A stretch of 64,000 nt of DNA from Eutreptiella sp. 'Long Island Sound 2002'. Taxonomy: Eukaryota; Protista; Euglenida. The stretch spans positions 14,818,001 to 14,882,000 of the forward strand of contig OZ038378.1 in the NCBI GenBank assembly GCA_964036045.1, in the 5' to 3' direction. The notes below the pieces were generated by a model. The model saw nothing but the letters and a program-made list of their open reading frames with translations. It had not been told where the DNA came from and searched no databases. Below are positions 22,904-35,943 of this stretch, one piece after another (position 1 is the stretch's first letter; each line of letters begins with the position of its first letter). Position numbers and translations under genes: made by a program.

Positions 22904-24172
22904 CTGACATGAATTGAGATATACTGCCGCTGCTTGCGGAGATTCAGAGATGTGCTGAAGCAGTCGAGGAGGATTTTTTGGTGCTGGCGTGCTGCCATGC
23001 ACAACATTGTGTTGCGGCAGGTGCACATACAATGCAGGTTCTTTTTGCGGCCGTACGTTCATCACATTGCTGTGGTCGAGAACTCGTTCAAAAAAAAATT
23101 AGATTGCTTTTTTTGCAGGTCATGCCAGATTGGTTAGCACATATCCAATGCCGTGGCCAATCAATCAGCTGTGCCACATGTGCCTGCTCCCAATGCTCTC
23201 AGTACCCTCAGCACAACTCCCATGCATCTTCCCTGCCTGAGCCCCTGAAATATCCCCAAAAGCAGTCCGGTCAGGGGGGGGGGGGGTAGAAAAAAAAATC
23301 CTGGTACCAGCGTACAGATTTTTCTTTTCCGGGGGATACCCCCGGAGGAGGGAGGGGGGGGGGGGATACGAAAAAAATTTCACCGAAAAAATTTTCCAGA
23401 CCCCAAAACCTGAAATTTCCTCAACTCCACCCCACCTCTTTGGGTTTGGAAGGTGCAAGGAGGATATTTTCAAGGTAACCATTGATGTTTCAGCCGATAC
23501 GGGTGGTATTTGTGTTTCAGGGCACAAAGAACCCCAATCTGTTCCGGCTGCAGTGCAGCGCCCACCCTGGCCTCTTATCGGTAGGCCCAAAAGTGGGCGG
23601 AAATGCTACATAACCCCTGCATTCTCGGGGGTCCCCAACAAAGGGGACAAGATCAAAGCACAAAAAAAGCAACAAAAAGCAAAAAGAAAAATTTCCATTG
23701 TGTCCCACATCCTACCTGCAAACATGGAGATTGCTAGCCCCAAGTATTGAACCAGAGACCTTCCCATCACAAAGGCACGGTTTACCCACTAGGGTACAGG
23801 CCATCTCTGACAGATATCTGCACAAAGATGGTATTGATATTTGGTCCAATATGGTTTTCATCCATTATTGAGTTCTCCAGAAAAATCTGAGTATTTTGAG
23901 TATAGACACATGGGGTGAAAACCCAATTTTTCACCCTGTGCCACATGAAGCAAATCCTCCTTATGGCGCACAATGTAGCAAAGTGAAGGTTACATGCAAA
24001 TCCTCGTTGCGAAACAAAATTCCTACAGGGGGTGCGAGTTTTCTTTCGGCGGGTACCCCCGGAGGAGGAGGGGGGGGGGGGCACCCCCCGTATTAATATC
24101 ACACGCGTGATATTATTTCGGTGCGTGATATTATTTCGTGCGTGATATTATTTTGACCCCCCCCTTGCCCCC

Positions 24173-24345
24173 CTGCTGCAGGTCTTTTTTCTTGTAATGA
24201 CTGATTCTGCTGACATTCCCTTTCTTGCTGATGTGATTGAGGCGCGGCAGTATGATGAACTTGTTGTCGAACATGTCTTTGAGGCCATGATTGATGAAGA
24301 CGGGCCAAGTTTTCAGGCCGATAGGGTGATTTGCCGATAAGCCAG
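24173..24345 (-). CDS. Possible host exon (Gln-rich frame WLIGKSPYRPENLARLHQSWPQRHVRQQ..., or the alternative frame)
   Basis: CAACAG acceptor at 24347-24346, two open frames, no GT donor found. Confidence 0.3.
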
Positions 24346-26305
24346 CTGTTGCCAAATGACGTGTCCAGAACTACGCGGGTCACGGTCAAGCTTAGTGAGC
24401 GATGTCACCGGTGAGTTAGCAAAATCTAAACACATCCACGCGTAGGGCTTGACCCAGGGCTACTCAGAAATGCCTTTGTTGGTTTGTTTTGACACGATTT
24501 ACCCCATGGAGGGAGAGGGTTTTGCTAAAGAGTTCACTGCCCAGATGCAGTTTTTTGCTGAATTCTGTTCAGTACCAGTCATGGTCGCACTTTGGGAGAG
24601 GATTCATTGGCTGACTATACAAAAACCAAGTTGGTCATCTTGTAGAGGACGATCCACCCTACTCATATACACCAATTTTTCATGAAATGGACACATCTAC
24701 CCCAAACTATGAGGCGCGCACGTAGATAAATCTGCATGCTGCCACAAATGGGGTCTGCTACACTGAAGGAGGGAGGATATACCTTCTGCACATTGGGGCA
24801 TTGCTCATGCTCTCACTAGGCCTTTTTGTCACCTCAACGGTGTCCATGGTTCCCCTAACCCCCTTTTGTGGCAACGTTGGGGTGACTAAACCCTCTTTTG
24901 ACTCTTGGTCCGCAAACCCCTTGGGCCGGCCTCAACACAAGCCCGGGAAGAGGCAGCCTCCTTGGCTGCAACCAAGTATTGAGCCACCCCAAGTGAGGCA
25001 GCCCGCACCGGTCGACCACTACGATTTACGGATTCATCTTCCAGATTTTTGAGAGTAGAATGGTCATGATGACACATCCCCTCATCGGAATCTGGTTGTG
25101 AGCAAGGAACAAAGTCTAGAACCGCGCCTAACGTGGACACAGAGGTGGCACTGCAAATAAAGAAGGAATCGTGAACTAACCATGGCCGTGCCATTGACCC
25201 TCACCACAACCCTGATTAGGCTAACCAAAAGTGACTGTGACCGTGACCGTGACCGCGGCTGACCAGCGACATTCGCGATGGAGGGCTAACCTGCTAACCG
25301 GGCTAACCGGGGGGGGGGGGGGGGGTGCTCCGCGAGTCTGTCCCACGATCGGGGACATGTGATTGGCCACGCGTGGCCTTGGTAGCCGGGGCAGCTTCCC
25401 TTTGGGGAGTGGCGGAGCACTGTACATATTACTCAGGAGGGTCCATTATAATAGAAGTTTTTGGTTTTTTTGGTTTTTGTGAAATTTCGCGTCGAAAAAT
25501 AGTTGCTCGGAAGAAAGTAGCCGGCCCCCTAGCGGGAGCCCGGAAAAAATAGCCCGCTTCTTGCGTCCCAAAGGAGCCCCCGATGTCGGGTCGGATGTGT
25601 GGGCCGGCTTTGGACCCTAGACCGAAAAGCTGGCAGTCTGTGTCGGTCCCTGAATCCGTGAGGGAAACGCAACCCCTGGAAAAAAATTGGGGGCGGGGAG
25701 CTTTGCACTTATCCGGAGGATAATGACATTCTATGCTAGGCGTCCAGGCTACATGTGAAGCAGCATCATATTGCGTGTAATGCACCCTCCTCCCTGCATT
25801 TAAGGGAGGCCTAGGTACTTCAGGATGAGTAACTTAAGGGTCGGGAACTTCAGTAGCGGCAGCATTGTCAACATCACTGTCCCAATCATCCCCAGTGGAG
25901 TACTCCTCAACGTCAGCCACCGACTTCTTTGGGGGCACCAATCCTTATTCTCAAACTTGCAGCCCCTGCTGGTACACCACGATTATCTACATATTAGCCT
26001 TTGCATGCCATGTGACCTGTAGGCCCAAGAATTTACGTGCGTAGACCGGGAGAAAACATTTTGGGTCTGAAATAGCAACACAACACACACCCATACAGCG
26101 CCTTTGGACGGGCCATGGGAAAGAAATCACCCTCACTCAACAAGTGGGGTGGTGGGCCAAAATGGGATTCTGCATCCACATCAATGGCTGCAGAGACGGC
26201 TGGCTAAGTGCCACGCACGGCCGATCGGCGAAACTTTTTCTTGGGAGGTGGAGGAGCAGGGGCTGCCTCAACTTCGGTACTGCGGGTGCTATCAACACTA
26301 CTTAC

Positions 26306-26550
26306 CTCGACAGCACTACTCGTGCAAGCACTGCCGTCCCTTGATGCCACACGGCCGTCACTTACACCACCACTACCACTGTCGCTGCTGCTACTACTGC
26401 CAATGTTGCTGCTGCTACCGGTACTGCTGCTGGACGCCTGCCCAGAGTCCGATGCCTCAACAATCGCCACGCGCCTGAGCTTGGCTGCCCACGGAGGCTG
26501 AACACGGGAAGGCGCATCAGCCACCTCCGCTTGGAAGGAAGCATCGGAGT
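26306..26550 (-). CDS. Putative Ser/Gly-rich host exon
   Basis: CCCTATAG acceptor. Open frame DSDASFQAEVADAPSRVQPPWAAKLRRVAIVEASDSGQASSSS... GTAAGT donor at 26305, with an alternative GTAAGT at 26365. Confidence 0.55.
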
Positions 26551-26859
26551 CTATAGGGTTGGGGTCGGCAACTATCTCAACCAACGGTGGCACAAAAAGA
26601 GGCCCCCGTGGATTGAGAGTCCCAAGTGGCACATTGGCTACCAAAGTCCATATCAACACAATGGGCAACATTTGTCCAACTTAAGGGGTACTTTAAGGTG
26701 GAATAAGCAAATGGTTCACCCCGAAAAAGGGGAGGCTTCGGTTATATGAAAACATTACTTTTGCACAAATTTTGGCCAACGGAAAAAGGGGGGAGGGTTA
26801 TGTAAAACCCCCCATGCTATCGTTTTCCGGAGAAGCCCCCCCCCCCCCATATCTCCTAC

Positions 26860-27095
26860 CTCCTCGAGGGTCCCCATAGGGGAGAAAGATCAGAAGTGGC
26901 TACTAAACCCTTGTCTTCTTGGGGCCCCGAAATTGGGTGGAATGGCTACATCATTCAATATGCCTACATCACCCATGTCTTCTCGAGGTCCCCATGGTGG
27001 GGAGAGATAAATATGGCTACACAACCCCTGCCTTTTCAAGGTCCCCATGTTGGGGAGAAATCAATATGGCCACATAACCATTGGCTTCTCGGGGG
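26860..27095 (+). repeat. Degenerate ~50-bp minisatellite (GGTCCCCATGGTGGGGAGA...ATATGGCTACATCACCCCTGCCTT); relatives at ~4960-5030, 6720-6770, 23575-23660 and 47995-48340 (reverse)
   Basis: Repeated units read directly; the same core motif is dispersed in the window. Confidence 0.7.
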
Positions 27096-27364
27096 GAGTG
27101 TGTGCATAGCGCGCGCAAGCGCGGACACATCGCGCACATTGATAGGAAGAAATTGGGGGTTTTTGCTACAATTGGCAATATTCTTGCCTATACAAACCAT
27201 ACTACACCCCCACAATGTTGGACAGCCTAATGTTTCACCCCACCCCTAGCACAAGAGATGCCATTGTACCCAGCCACAGCAAAGACACATGCAAAAAAAA
27301 GGCAAGAATAAAAATTGTCCTTAACTTGAAGTGTGAACGCCATACCCCCCTTCGCTTAGCATAC

Positions 27365-27565
27365 CTACAGGACATGGCATCACTGGACATGGTGTCCACA
27401 TCCACAACCTCCTTTCGGCTATGTACAGCCACACGGCGATACTTCTTGCTTCGCGATGTGATTTCTTTGCCGGTGGCTGATGAGGAGGACGAATCAGAAT
27501 TGTCTGCACTTACAGTAGAGCCACTAGATTTGTATTGGGCGAATCTCGAAAAAGATACCACCAGC
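27365..27565 (-). CDS. Putative Ser-rich host exon (201 nt, phase 2 to phase 2)
   Basis: Polypyrimidine TCCTTTTCTATAG acceptor, AG|GTATGC donor, open frame LVVSFSRFAQYKSSGSTVSADNSDSSSSSATGKEITSRSKKYRRVAVHSRKEVVDVDTMSSDAMSC. Confidence 0.65.
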
Positions 27566-27885
27566 CTATAGAAAAGGAGACCCGAGGGGGCATTTTGCGC
27601 ACTATGCCTGTGCTGTGCACAAAGTTTGTACAGGGCCATGCCCAATTTGCAAAGGAGTGCCTAGTACCTGTAACAATGAGCCTTGTTATGCATTTATATG
27701 AGTTGCATGCACACTTTGCTCTCATTTCTAGTGCATTGGTATGTGTTGTTTTGCATCCCCAAGATGGCGAGAAAAGGGGGATGGAGAAAGGGCAAAAATG
27801 GTTGAAAATGGGTAAAAATGGGTGATGTTTAAATATGGTTTGAGAGAGGTTTCAAAAGGGTTTGAGTATTTGCCGATATACAAAA

Positions 27886-28300
27886 TCCTATTGCCTTCGG
27901 CTGTGCACCTCGAAGAGAGACTGACAGTCGGCGAATCAATCAGCTAGTCACGCCAGCAGTCAGTCAAACAGTCAGTCGAGCAAGTAGGCAGGCAGTCAGA
28001 AACACACAGTTTGGGTTTTTTTCCAGTGATAGACTCGGCTTCAAACAGTTGGGAGAACAGGTTCTGCAGAACGCGCAGCGGTCGAGTGCAAGGCAGTCGA
28101 TCGCATGTTTGTGGGTCGGCGGTTCGGACCCTAGTCCACCAACCACGGTGGTGGCGCCGGCGCGGAAAGTCAGCTTGCCGGGAATCGAACCGCCGACCTC
28201 CACATGTGTGGTCAGCTGTATTACCATTGTGTTGTCGCTTACACTAGCAGCCCCAAGTATCCCCACTGCTTGGCTCCTTCTGAGCACAAACTTTTGACCC
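27886..28300 (-). mobile_element. Partial copy of the tRNA-module-bearing HINE-like family
   Basis: Homologous to 30578-30965: TGCCTTCGGC hairpin, CACCTCGAAGAGAG, two convergent GGTTCG-containing modules. Confidence 0.6.
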
Positions 28301-30577
28301 TCCCCATGGTGCTTCTACACATTGGAGACTGTCATACAGGAGGCTCAAACAAACGGAGCAACACAATGCATGCAAAATCAATAATGTCATAAACACCAAT
28401 GACACAAGCACCAAATGCGGATGCCAACAAACACAATGAAATGGAACTAAGCAGATCCCTTGCCTTTGACTCCTTGAAAACTTATGGTGCCAGGCACAAT
28501 CCGCAAATAAACGCAGGTAAGAAGACATTTGGCCGGTGGCCTTTAGATTGTTATTTGGGGGCTTATTATCATTCTTGTTGTATTATTCTTTTCATTTTTT
28601 TTGTCGTTGGCGGAGAAAATATGGGAAAAAAAATTGCATTGCACAACTGTTGTTTCTTTTTTGGATCCACCCTTTCGTTGAGCATCCACACCCCGTCCCA
28701 AGAATGAGCAGGCGAACGACTGTCTGAAATGTAAACAAAATGACGAAAAGCACACAAATTACACTACCAAGAGGCCCAAAACCATGATCAAGTAACGTGC
28801 AACTATCAATAAACACCAACAAACACCAGCGTTTGCCCAAAAACTGACATTTTTGAAAATAAGTGAATGAACATGTTTATATTCCATTTGGGCTATGGCC
28901 TGGGCTAACCAACCCTGTGGGTATCAGCCCCTCCACAAAACAGGGTGTTCACACCATGACACCATGCAAAAAATCACTCCAAACTCATTTGCTGTTTTTC
29001 CTCTCCATTTCGAATTATTTTCTATGTCTTGTCTGCCTGCATGATCTCCTTGCATGGCTTAAGAGTGTTCATGGGGCATGGCTCCCCTTGAGTGGCAACT
29101 ATGCATGATCCCTGCAGTGTACTTGTGCAGAGTGCGAAGTGAAGTATGCAATGCCAGCATGCAAAATGCAAACTAGGGCAAAATGCTATGTGTAGTACGC
29201 AATGCACAGTCTTTGGTGTGCAAAGTAGTCCATGGGCATTCCCTCTTCCGTGAGTGCCGTGGGTCTAGTGAAATCATGTCTCCTCCCAAATGGCCTACAG
29301 CTCCCTCTACAGCATGCGTAGGATGAATGGCTGGCCCACAATAATGCCACAACCAACACGTTTTGACTACCAAAGCAAGCTCATTGTAAAGCAATGGACA
29401 AAATTCAGAGTGAAGCAAATATCAGGTCCATGACCACATTGAGTTCGCAAACCTGGTCCCCAACCCTGTCCACAAACTCATGCCAAACCATGCCAATATG
29501 TTCTCAGAGAAAACAATCAGTAATGAGGTGCAAATCAGGTGCAAAGGGCTGCTGCATGCCATCTGGCAGAGCAATCCACAAAGCCGTGCCCTCAACAATG
29601 AGGTTGCGAATCAACAGAGTGCTCAGGCGTGTGTATTCTGCAGAGGGGAGGGGGGAGGGTTGGCACCCCTGAGTGGAATATTGTCTTAAACTAGTGGCGG
29701 CTATTGGCCTCTTACCACTTACCCTTGTCCTTTCCTTGAAGCCTTTCCCTCTGTAGGTGGCAGTGCCCATTGGCCTCTCACCACCTAGTTCCCTTGATCT
29801 ACTAGTCTTGCCTGTCCTTCCAAACCTGCACTCCGTTCCTTTCCCTTTGGCAGGTTGCGCCACCAGAGTGTCCGGACTGTCCCTGTTTCACTGCTGTGTG
29901 TCGGGTCCACACAGAGGAGGGCAAGGCCCTCGCCCTTGGCCAGGCACATCCAGGCGCAAACCTCATGCCGGTGGTGCAGGAACACTCTCCAACGGTGGCT
30001 GTTGGGCCCTGGGATGTCCACTTGCAGGGTTACTCACCCCATGGGGGCACATAACAACCTTAGAGCTGCCCTTTCCCGTGCTCAATCCTCCATTTGGCGA
30101 GCGCCTCATATTTCCCTCCACCCACTCCCCCTGTATCCACAGTGTGTGCAGGGGGGGGGGGGGATCGTTGGTGCAAAACATAAAATCATGAACAAGCCTG
30201 CATCGATCGTGGGGGGGGGGGGGATTGCTTGGGCCTCAACTCAGAGCACCCTGATCGAACGAAATGATTGGAAAAACCTGTATTCCATCATCACGAAGGG
30301 AACGGATGCAAAAGAAGATCAGAGACATGCCCAAGACACATGGGAATTACACAATGCCACAGTACATAGTACCATAATACTGCCTAGTCATGCAGGTCAG
30401 AGCCAACTGCAATGTGTGCGGCGCTGGCGGTATTTGGAAGGAAACACATGTTCTGAATTTCTATTTGAATGAACACACTTCAATGCATCCAGGAAGTGAC
30501 TCACTCCCTCACTCCCTCACTCACTCACTCATCCGTTGACTGATTCACACAGCCACCCACCCACCCACCCACTCCAA

Positions 30578-31217
30578 ATTCTATTGCCTTCGGCAGTGCA
30601 CCTCGAAGAGAGGTTGACAGTCAGCCAATCAGTCCCTGAGCCAGCAAGCAGGCAGTCAGACAGATTCACACAGTTTGGGTTTTTTGTCAGTGGCAGATGC
30701 GGCCCCAAGCAGCAGGGAGGCCCTTCGCCGGAATCCAAGTAGTGACCGAGTGGTAGCGCAGCCGCATCCGTGTGGTCGGCGGTTCGAACCCCACTTTGCC
30801 CACTTTGGCGCCGCCGCCAGCGGCGGCGCCAAAAGTCAGCATATCAGGATTGGAACCGACGCCTGCACGCCTGCTGTCGGCTGCGTTGCCATTGGACCGC
30901 TGGCCGTGCTACCAGCACCATGCGTCCCCACTGCTTGTAGCCTATTAAGCAAAAACTTTTGACCCCCCCCCCCACCCCCACCCCCACCCCCACCCCCCCC
31001 CACCCCCCCTCAAAAAAGTGATATCCAGTTTTAGGGGGTAGAGGCCTCAAAATCAAAAAATCCATTGGGGGATGCTCTTATTGGGCAAAATAATGATTTT
31101 ACAAGGGGTTGGACATCCAATATCATGCCTTGGGGTATGCTACGCGAATGACCCCAAAAAAGGGGGGTATATGACGCCCGCGCCTGCGCTTGATCTAACA
31201 ACCTCTCTTCGAGGTGA
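30578..31217 (-). mobile_element. ~640-bp Helitron2/Helentron-like non-autonomous element with 18-bp asymmetric IRs and a GAA-triloop 3' hairpin
   Basis: Perfect IR CACCTCGAAGAGAGGTTG (30599-30616 vs 31199-31216). On the minus strand one IR is terminal and the other is followed by TGCCGAAGGCA and a short ATAGAAT-TT tail. No TSD. The 5' part recurs at ~44400-44595 and 44850-45020. Confidence 0.6.
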
Positions 31218-34019
31218 TTCACAAAGTTATTGCTCGAAATCATGAAACTGAAATACCAGGGTGCATGCCTGCAGAAACCTCCTGCCAGCAGCCCCATATG
31301 TGCAAAATTCTCCATCACTGAGGGCGTAGGTGCACAGTGCAGGTACCCCTACTGTCAGAATTGCACAGCCCAGTAAAGAAAAATTGCACGCCAACAGATT
31401 CAGTAATACAGCTACAGCCATTCTTTCATATGGCCTACGCATTCACTCACTGACTCACTCCTTGGCCAGTCAGTAAGTCAACAAAAAAGGAAAATGAGTC
31501 AGTCACTCATTTACATTCATTCCTTCAGTCATTGTGTGCATTCTGAACCCCTGCTTGGGTCAGGCAGGAATTGCTTCAGATTGCTGTGGGCACAGAAATT
31601 GCTGGGTTTGTTGCGTTCAGACAGCATTGAGCGTGGGGTCGTGGATGGGGCTTCAGGCCAGGTGGGATGAATGAATAGTAAATGGGTAGGGCATAAGGTG
31701 GCTGTTATGGTGGTGGCTTACTGTTTGATGGTGGTCCAAGAATCACGAGATGCTGGAGGCTAGGTGCTACTTCGCTCCAGATAGCACACTACAGACATGG
31801 CATCCGCTGCCTGTAGCTCTGGAAATCAGCCTCTAGGCTGTCTCAAATGGTTGCTGCTGTTGGTTCTGGGTTGCCAACATCCCGAAATCACACACCCTTT
31901 GGGCGGATGGAGCTTTGCAGGGTGTTGTATCAGGAATTCCAACCATTTGGCTTGCCAACTTCCACAGCCTGTATACAGCCTATATAGTGCTGAGAATCAG
32001 TACCCTGGAGAGGATTACAGCAATAGGGTGGCACTGTGTGGCCCCGTGGCGTATCAAGAATCTGGTCATTGGTCAAGACAAGAACAACCGCACGGTGGTG
32101 GTGGGGGGGGGGGGGGCTTTGCTGCGGTGGTTGTTGCTGAGGGGAATGTGCTGCAGAGGCTTTTTTCCTGGGTGCTGTTGGGAGGAAATGTGCAGGTAAC
32201 AGTGGGGGCTATGCGGGAGCGGGAACTATTCAAGGGGGCGGCCTGCTGTCTAGACGAAGGGAGGGTGCTAACATGAATGTGAGGCAAACAACGCAGGAGG
32301 GTACGAAACCACTATGCCGAGAAAGAGGAATGACTGTGCACGACTGAATCTTTACTGGCCGACCATTGGCTGCAGAGCTACCATGTGGCGAATACTTGCA
32401 TTTAAGGCTGAGCTAGATCAACACTGCAAGCACGGCTATCTTCAGTAAAAGCAGTGGCGGGCCAGGGGATCTTGTTGGAAGCTGTATAGTGGGGCCCCCT
32501 CGGGCGAAGGGGGGGGATAGTAGACATGTGTAACTTGCCAGAAACTAATGTTTGTGTTCAGACACACCCTTCCTCATGTGAGAGTTGCTCAGGGGTCACA
32601 GGTATGAAGATATGATGGGAGTATCATTCCAATAATGGCTATCGCCAAGCATGCTGGCATTGGGAGTTGAGGAATACACCGGAGAAGTGTGCGGTGTGAA
32701 GAAAGCATTCCGCAAGGTATAAGCCTCAAAGAAATCTGGGGCCCATCCGCTACAACGGGGAATCAATCCCAGACCTGCTGCATTTTGTTCAACATGGCCT
32801 TTGCTGAGGCTTGGGATATCCGGTGTCTTGTGGGGTGCAGTAATCTGTGCGAAACACGCAAAATATGGGACTTGGGTTGAAGACGGGATGAAACATCAAA
32901 CCCCTCCCAATGCTGTTGGCCTGGGCCTATGCCACACATAGAGGGGCATCCTGGACCAGTATCATTATGGTCCACACCCGTTCTACTGTGGTCAAGGGGG
33001 ATGGCCTCTTCGAATGACCCCCAACCGGGCGTAAACTTTTGGGGGTCTGGAGGGGGGTAGGTGGGTCGGCCGATCAGCTGCCGAGTCCCCGGGGGAGGAG
33101 GGGGTCGGTGGGTACACAAACATACATACCTCAAAATGATCCCCATGACGCGCTGATCGTTTTAAAAAATATACAAGTGGGGGAAAAGAATTTTCAGAAA
33201 AAATTGCCCATCAGCTCAGGCTCCCCATCAGCCAAGGTCCAACCTGGAGGTCAGGTCGGGGGTCAATTTTTTTGTTTGTATTTTTCATCCTCCCCACCCC
33301 CCTCCCAGACCCCCCTAAGTTTTCAAACCCGTCTTTCTCCAATTTGAGATTTTGGGGGGAAATCCTGGCACCAAAAGCGCCGAAACTTTTGTTTTGGCCT
33401 CCTGGGGGGGTTTTTTTTGCCCTATGTGTCTATACTCAAAATACTGGATCTCGAACAGGCCACCCCCCTTGACTGCGGTTTAGACCGCTGCTATTGTGGT
33501 CAACACAAAGTGTGATGCAATTCAGACCAGTAGTATCATGATCTAAACTCATTCTACTGAGGGCTAGGTGTTGTTGTGAGCCAAGCCCATTCTGAGTCAA
33601 AGAACCCTGGTGCCAAAAAAAAGAACCTTCCATGTCGGAAAATGTTTTGGACCACCTTTCTGGTCCGGATAGAACTTTGGGCCACCGTTTCTGTGCCAAT
33701 CACTTTGCATATTCCAGACAGGTGGCATGACTTTCTGACGTTCAAAAAAGGCGGCACAAAATACTTCCTACGCCGGAAAACACTTTGCAACACCTTTTAT
33801 TGCTTCAACCCCCCAAAATCGGCGAAGAAATCCCAACAAATCGGCGAAAAAATCGGGGGACCGATTTTTCGGCAAAACAGGCTCCCACTGCCCTGGATCT
33901 CAGTCCCAGGCCCCAAAGACACCTTCCTTATGGTTGCTCAACAGTTGGAGTCATGTGGAAACCCAAAATATCTCTCAATTTTCGAAAATTTTTTTTTCGT
34001 CTCTCAGTCTTTACATGGT

Positions 34020-34530
34020 CCCTGAGCAATGGTGTGGCAGTGCGCAGTGATGGTCCAGTGGTATATGCCTTGAGCCTCATTTTTGCTGGAGTGGGTTCAG
34101 TTCCCACTGTTTACGGACTGGAATTTTTTTACTTTTTTTTTTCACTTGTCGTACTGAGAAACTTGATTTTCCATGCACAAACAAAGCCTGCTGGAAGAAG
34201 ATAGATGCACACAGGCTTCCCATTTGCATCTCACTGTGTGCTGGGTGGGTGTGCAGCACTGATTTGCAATAGTCTCTCGGTCTGTACATGGTTCCTGAGA
34301 AGGAGTATAGTAGTACAAGGCAGTGGTCCAGTGGTTTGCACCCTGTGCTGCTGATTCACTGGCGTGGGTGCAAATGCAGGTCCGATTTTTTGGCATTTTT
34401 ATCACTTGTCTTGCTGAGAAAATTGGTTTTCCATGCACAAACAAAGCTTGCCAGAAGAAGATGAATGCATACAGGCTTCCCATTTGCATCTCACTGTGTG
34501 CTGGGTGGGTGTGCAGCTCTGATCTGCAAC
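34020..34530. repeat. ~260-bp tandem duplication
   Basis: 34142-34268 and 34402-34529 are closely similar with a 260-nt offset. Confidence 0.8.
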
Positions 34531-34540
34531 CAAAGCTGTC

Positions 34541-34674
34541 CTACAGTAGTCAATCTGATGGGAAAATTGTTGTTGCTTATCCCGCAGAAAAGTTTGATCA
34601 CTGGGGGACAATGAATCCCAGGGGACCAGAGATGCGTCTTTCTCTGGGCAGTAAAAACACTTCATGGTGCCAAT
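34541..34674 (-). CDS. Probable exon after the bestrophin core (IGTMKCFYCPEKDASLVPWDSLSPSDQTFLRDKQQQFSHQ...)
   Basis: Strong pyrimidine-rich TTCTTCAG acceptor, in phase 0 with the preceding exon. The 3' boundary is uncertain (no GT at the expected position). Confidence 0.5.
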
Positions 34675-35739
34675 CTGAAGAACCAGTATAGAAAGAAAGA
34701 GTATTATCCAGTGTCCCGAAGTAAATGATGCACATCTTAGGTTGACATCTCCAAATCAGGTGTCCTACAATCCCAGAAGCCCCAACAAGTCGGCAGAACG
34801 AATGGGCAAAATCACAGAAACCCAAAGAATCGGCAAAACAAATTGGCGAAATTCAGAAACCCAACAAATCGGCGGAACAAATTGGCGAGGTCGGCTGAAT
34901 TCGGCCGCCAATTTGGGGAAAGGGGGGGGGGGGGGGTTGTTGCTTAGATGGAATTTTGGGCCACCTTTTCTTCTACCGGCAAACATTTTGCTCACACTTT
35001 CCAATGCCCACAAGGATTATGCTCATGTCCCCATGCCAACTACTTCCCATATGCAAAAGGAGGCATTAAAATCTTTTTGCACAGTCCAAACAAAGCGGGA
35101 CAAAACACTACTTTCCGACGCTGAAAGTATTTCGCACCACCTTTTTGGACACAGGCAGTGTTTTGCGCTACCTTTTTGAGACGTGGAAGGTATTTGAACC
35201 ACCTTTTTTGCGGCGGGGGGGGGGGGGGGGTGATGGTTACACAAACTTTTTCAATCCAGATGGAACTTGGGCCACCTTTTCTTCTGCCAGAAAGCATTTT
35301 GCGCATTTCCAATGCCACAGTATCTGCTCATGTTCTCATGCAGAATACTTCCTATTCCTGAAAAAACAGCGCTAAATACTTTTTGACATCCGGAAAAGGT
35401 GAGGCAAAAAAAGACCTGCCGCCGAAACAGGTGGTGCCAAATACTTTCCCATGCTCGTCGAGAACCCCATGCACAACGCTTTTCCTGCACCTTGTGGTGA
35501 GGACAATTAATTGTGGCGCATGCTACCAAGAAAACCCCCCGCAGCATCCTGCAGTGTGGTGTCGCACTCTGAGAACGAGGGCAGTTGAACCACGTGACGC
35601 TTTTGATGTCACAGCCACGGAGCAGCACAGCACAGCACACATGACACGGTGCCATGCAACACAATGCAACATGACATGACATGACATGACATGACATGAC
35701 TGCATCGCACAGGAAAACACAACACAACACAGGGCACAC

Positions 35740-35943
35740 CTGTTGCATCATAACCTGTTCAGAAGTGTTCCAATCCTTGTCAATGGGGAAATCACAGCTG
35801 TCAAAGCCGAATGGGTCGGCCATACTGATGGCCACCACCCACATGATTTCCATGAAATATGTGGCCAATAGGGTGCCGACAGCCTCGATGACGTAAGACG
35901 GGGCCTGATGCACAAAATCCATGACATGACAGTTGGTGAGTCG
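35740..35943 (-). CDS. Bestrophin-family (UPF0187/YneE-type) exon with TM4 and the acidic DPFG-x-D-x-x-D motif
   Basis: ...VIEAVGTLLATYFMEIMWVVAISMADPFGFDSCDFPIDKDW... matches the family motif (E/D)(D/N)PFGxDxxDLP. Donor CAG|GTGTGC; the acceptor (AAG) is weak. Confidence 0.85.

Noticed and set aside
24400-25200. Degenerate transposase or recombinase ORFs here and at ~32300-33000 and ~40300-40630
   Set aside because: Coding-like texture, but no motif I can identify with confidence.
28060-30920. Functional tRNA genes
   Set aside because: Box-like motifs are present, but acceptor and T stems do not pair cleanly and they lie inside a repeat. Treated as tRNA-derived modules.
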